A stretch of 5,644 bases of DNA from a virus. A program made the position numbers and the translations under genes. The DNA lies in the IMG/VR virus record IMGVR_UViG_3300020041_000169, positions 1 through 5,644 of that record; one strand, given 5' to 3'. Position 1 is the first letter of the stretch. Each line of letters opens with the position of its first letter. This document shows, one piece after another, positions 4,374-5,644 of this stretch. The notes under the pieces were generated by a model that saw only the letters and a program-made list of their open reading frames with translations, made no database searches and was not told the DNA's origin.

Positions 4374-5411
4374 ATGAAAGTAGAATATCATAGTTCTATG
4401 GAGAATAATAAAAATCTTTTCCGCAATATCGGTAAAGGTTTAGGCGGTCTTTGGAAAGGTGTTGAAAGTCTTTGGAATCGTGTTACTGGTCGTGGTCAGA
4501 CTAACGCCGAACGTGCCGCTCAGGGTTTCTCCGCTCAACAGGCTCAAATCAATCGTGAATTTCAGTCTGCTGAGGCTCAAATGGCGCGTCAGTGGCAAGA
4601 GGATTTTTATACACAGTATCAGAGTCCTCAGGCTCAGGTTCGTCAGTATCAAGAAGCTGGATTGAATCCTGCGTTAATGTATGGTCGTGGTGCTACTCCT
4701 GCCGCTTCCGCTTCGGTTGCGTCTAATGGTCCTTCGGGCGATACTGCCGCTGGTGTTGTTACTCCTGCTGACCCTTCTTCCTTGCTTAATATGATCTATG
4801 GAATGGCTAAGTTACCTTCTGAAATTGATCTTCTTAATGCTCAGGCAGATGATTTCCGCGCTGCCGCTACAGGCAAGAATATTCAAAATTCCTACTCTCC
4901 TCAAATCTTTGATCAAAACCTTCGTAAGGGCGAGATGGATATACTTAATACTTCCGCTGCTATTACTACCGCCCAATATCAATGGTCTTTGATGTCCTCG
5001 CAGGAGCAATTGAACACTATTAAGGCTTCCCTTACAGAAGCTGAAATTTCAGATGTTCTTGCGTCTGCGTCTCTTAAGGAGAAGCAAGCCGCTACAGAGG
5101 TTCTTAAACAGTCAAATTTAGAGGTTACAAACGATTTGATTGCCGCTCAGATAGCTACGGAAAAAATGCGACCTCTTATGGTTGCCGCTCAGACTGTTCT
5201 TGCTCGCAATCAAGGTTCATCTATTTCTTTGGATAATTTCCAAAAGGAGTTGACTAATGAGCTTTCAAGAATTACAGGTGTTGCCGCTCCTAAAAATTCC
5301 GCTGATTTGTTTTTTAAGACTACAGCTGAATTCGGTCGGAGAATTGACAAAGGCATTTCTTCTGCTAAAAACTGGCTTACAAAAACTGGCAAACGCTTGC
5401 TGAAGTTATAG
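4374..5411 (+). CDS. VP2: Minor capsid / DNA pilot protein (Microviridae VP2 / H-like)
   Basis: 345 aa, TAG at 5409..5411. The Gln/Ala-rich N-terminal region reads ...QINREFQSAEAQMARQWQEDFYTQYQSPQAQVRQYQEAGLNPALMYG. It contains the AGLNP-x-L motif (nt 4656..) characteristic of microvirus VP2. A long helical, coiled-coil-like C-terminal half follows. An alternative start is M9 at 4398. Confidence 0.85.
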   Translation: MKVEYHSSMENNKNLFRNIGKGLGGLWKGVESLWNRVTGRGQTNAERAAQGFSAQQAQINREFQSAEAQMARQWQEDFYTQYQSPQAQVRQYQEAGLNPALMYGRGATPAASASVASNGPSGDTAAGVVTPADPSSLLNMIYGMAKLPSEIDLLNAQADDFRAAATGKNIQNSYSPQIFDQNLRKGEMDILNTSAAITTAQYQWSLMSSQEQLNTIKASLTEAEISDVLASASLKEKQAATEVLKQSNLEVTNDLIAAQIATEKMRPLMVAAQTVLARNQGSSISLDNFQKELTNELSRITGVAAPKNSADLFFKTTAEFGRRIDKGISSAKNWLTKTGKRLLKL

Positions 5412-5443
5412 AATCTGCTTATATTGCGAAAAATATTATCGTT

Positions 5444-5539
5444 ATGGGATTTTGGATAATGCTTGTCGTTTTGTTTGCAGTGTGTGTTTATTTACCTTAC
5501 AGATTATTATCAAAACTTATTGACAAATGGAAAAAGTGA
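5444..5539 (+). CDS. Small single-pass membrane peptide (31 aa), not in the supplied ORF track; candidate lysis or toxic peptide
   Basis: ATG at 5444..5446 and TGA at 5537..5539, translated by hand as MGFWIMLVVLFAVCVYLPYRLLSKLIDKWKK. A hydrophobic N-terminal 17 residues are followed by a Pro and a basic tail (R20, K24, K28, K30, K31). It starts 32 nt after VP2. Its last 13 nt overlap the ATG (5527) of the lipobox ORF, which suggests coupled expression. The short length makes the coding call weak. Confidence 0.35.
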   Translation: MGFWIMLVVLFAVCVYLPYRLLSKLIDKWKK

Positions 5540-5644
5540 TCGAATTACTTTCTTCGTGGCTTAAGTCCGCCCCTAAATGGGTTAAAGTTGTTGTGCCGCT
5601 CTTAATCGCTGGATTAGTCGCCATCTACCTCCTTTCTTCTTGTA
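5524..5644. repeat. Terminal redundancy, right copy; exact duplicate of 1..121
   Basis: Same comparison as the left copy. No mismatch seen over 121 nt. Confidence 0.95.
5527..5644 (+). CDS. Second copy (5' part, runs off the window) of ORF 4..414, created by the terminal redundancy
   Basis: 5527..5644 is identical to 4..121. It is the same gene in the circular molecule, not a paralogue. Confidence 0.5.
   Translation, partial: MEKVIELLSSWLKSAPKWVKVVVPLLIAGLVAIYLLSSC

Noticed and set aside
2021-5392. Minus-strand ORFs antisense to rep, VP1 and VP2 (2021..2311, 2320..2766, 2812..3156, 3361..3870, 4440..4652, 4812..5009, 5210..5392)
   Set aside because: They are fully antisense to confidently identified genes. 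Their translations are low complexity and Arg/Ser/Ile-rich, typical of antisense frames. Microviridae transcribe only one strand.
1-5644. CRISPR arrays, tRNA/rRNA genes, integrase or transposase genes, prophage att sites
   Set aside because: I saw no spaced direct-repeat array, no cloverleaf-compatible segment, and no ORF with recombinase motifs. The only long repeat is the 121-nt terminal redundancy from circularity.

Overview
The window is one complete circular genome of a Microviridae-type ssDNA phage, written past its own start. Bases 1..121 are repeated exactly at 5524..5644, so the unit length is 5523 nt. All well-supported genes are on the + strand. The three hallmark genes are an HUH rolling-circle replication initiator (VP4-like, 1318..2292), the major capsid protein (VP1/F-like, 2305..3906) and the minor capsid/DNA-pilot protein (VP2/H-like, 4374..5411). 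There are also four unrecognised ORFs: 773..1060, 1038..1310, 3973..4299, and 4..414, which in the circle starts at 5527. A further 31-codon membrane-peptide ORF at 5444..5539 is missing from the supplied track. Non-coding structure includes two strong intrinsic terminators (453..489 and 3915..3946) and an AT-rich intergenic region (531..772). A 13-bp hairpin at 4311..4346 carries ACTTGATA in its loop, the same 8-mer as the core of the phiX174 gene A nick site. A 69% G+C island (about 225..445) is packed with GGCCGC repeats and hairpins. The most interesting part is the module spanning the circular junction. It consists of the 31-aa transmembrane peptide, overlapped by a 136-aa protein with a lipoprotein-type signal (LSSC lipobox), and it ends in the GC island and a terminator. 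I propose it as a candidate lysis or superinfection-exclusion cassette; I know of no equivalent in microviruses, and this is inference only. No gene has a Shine-Dalgarno sequence, which is compatible with a Bacteroidota-type host. I cannot assign a subfamily by eye. I saw no tRNA, rRNA, CRISPR array, integrase or transposase.
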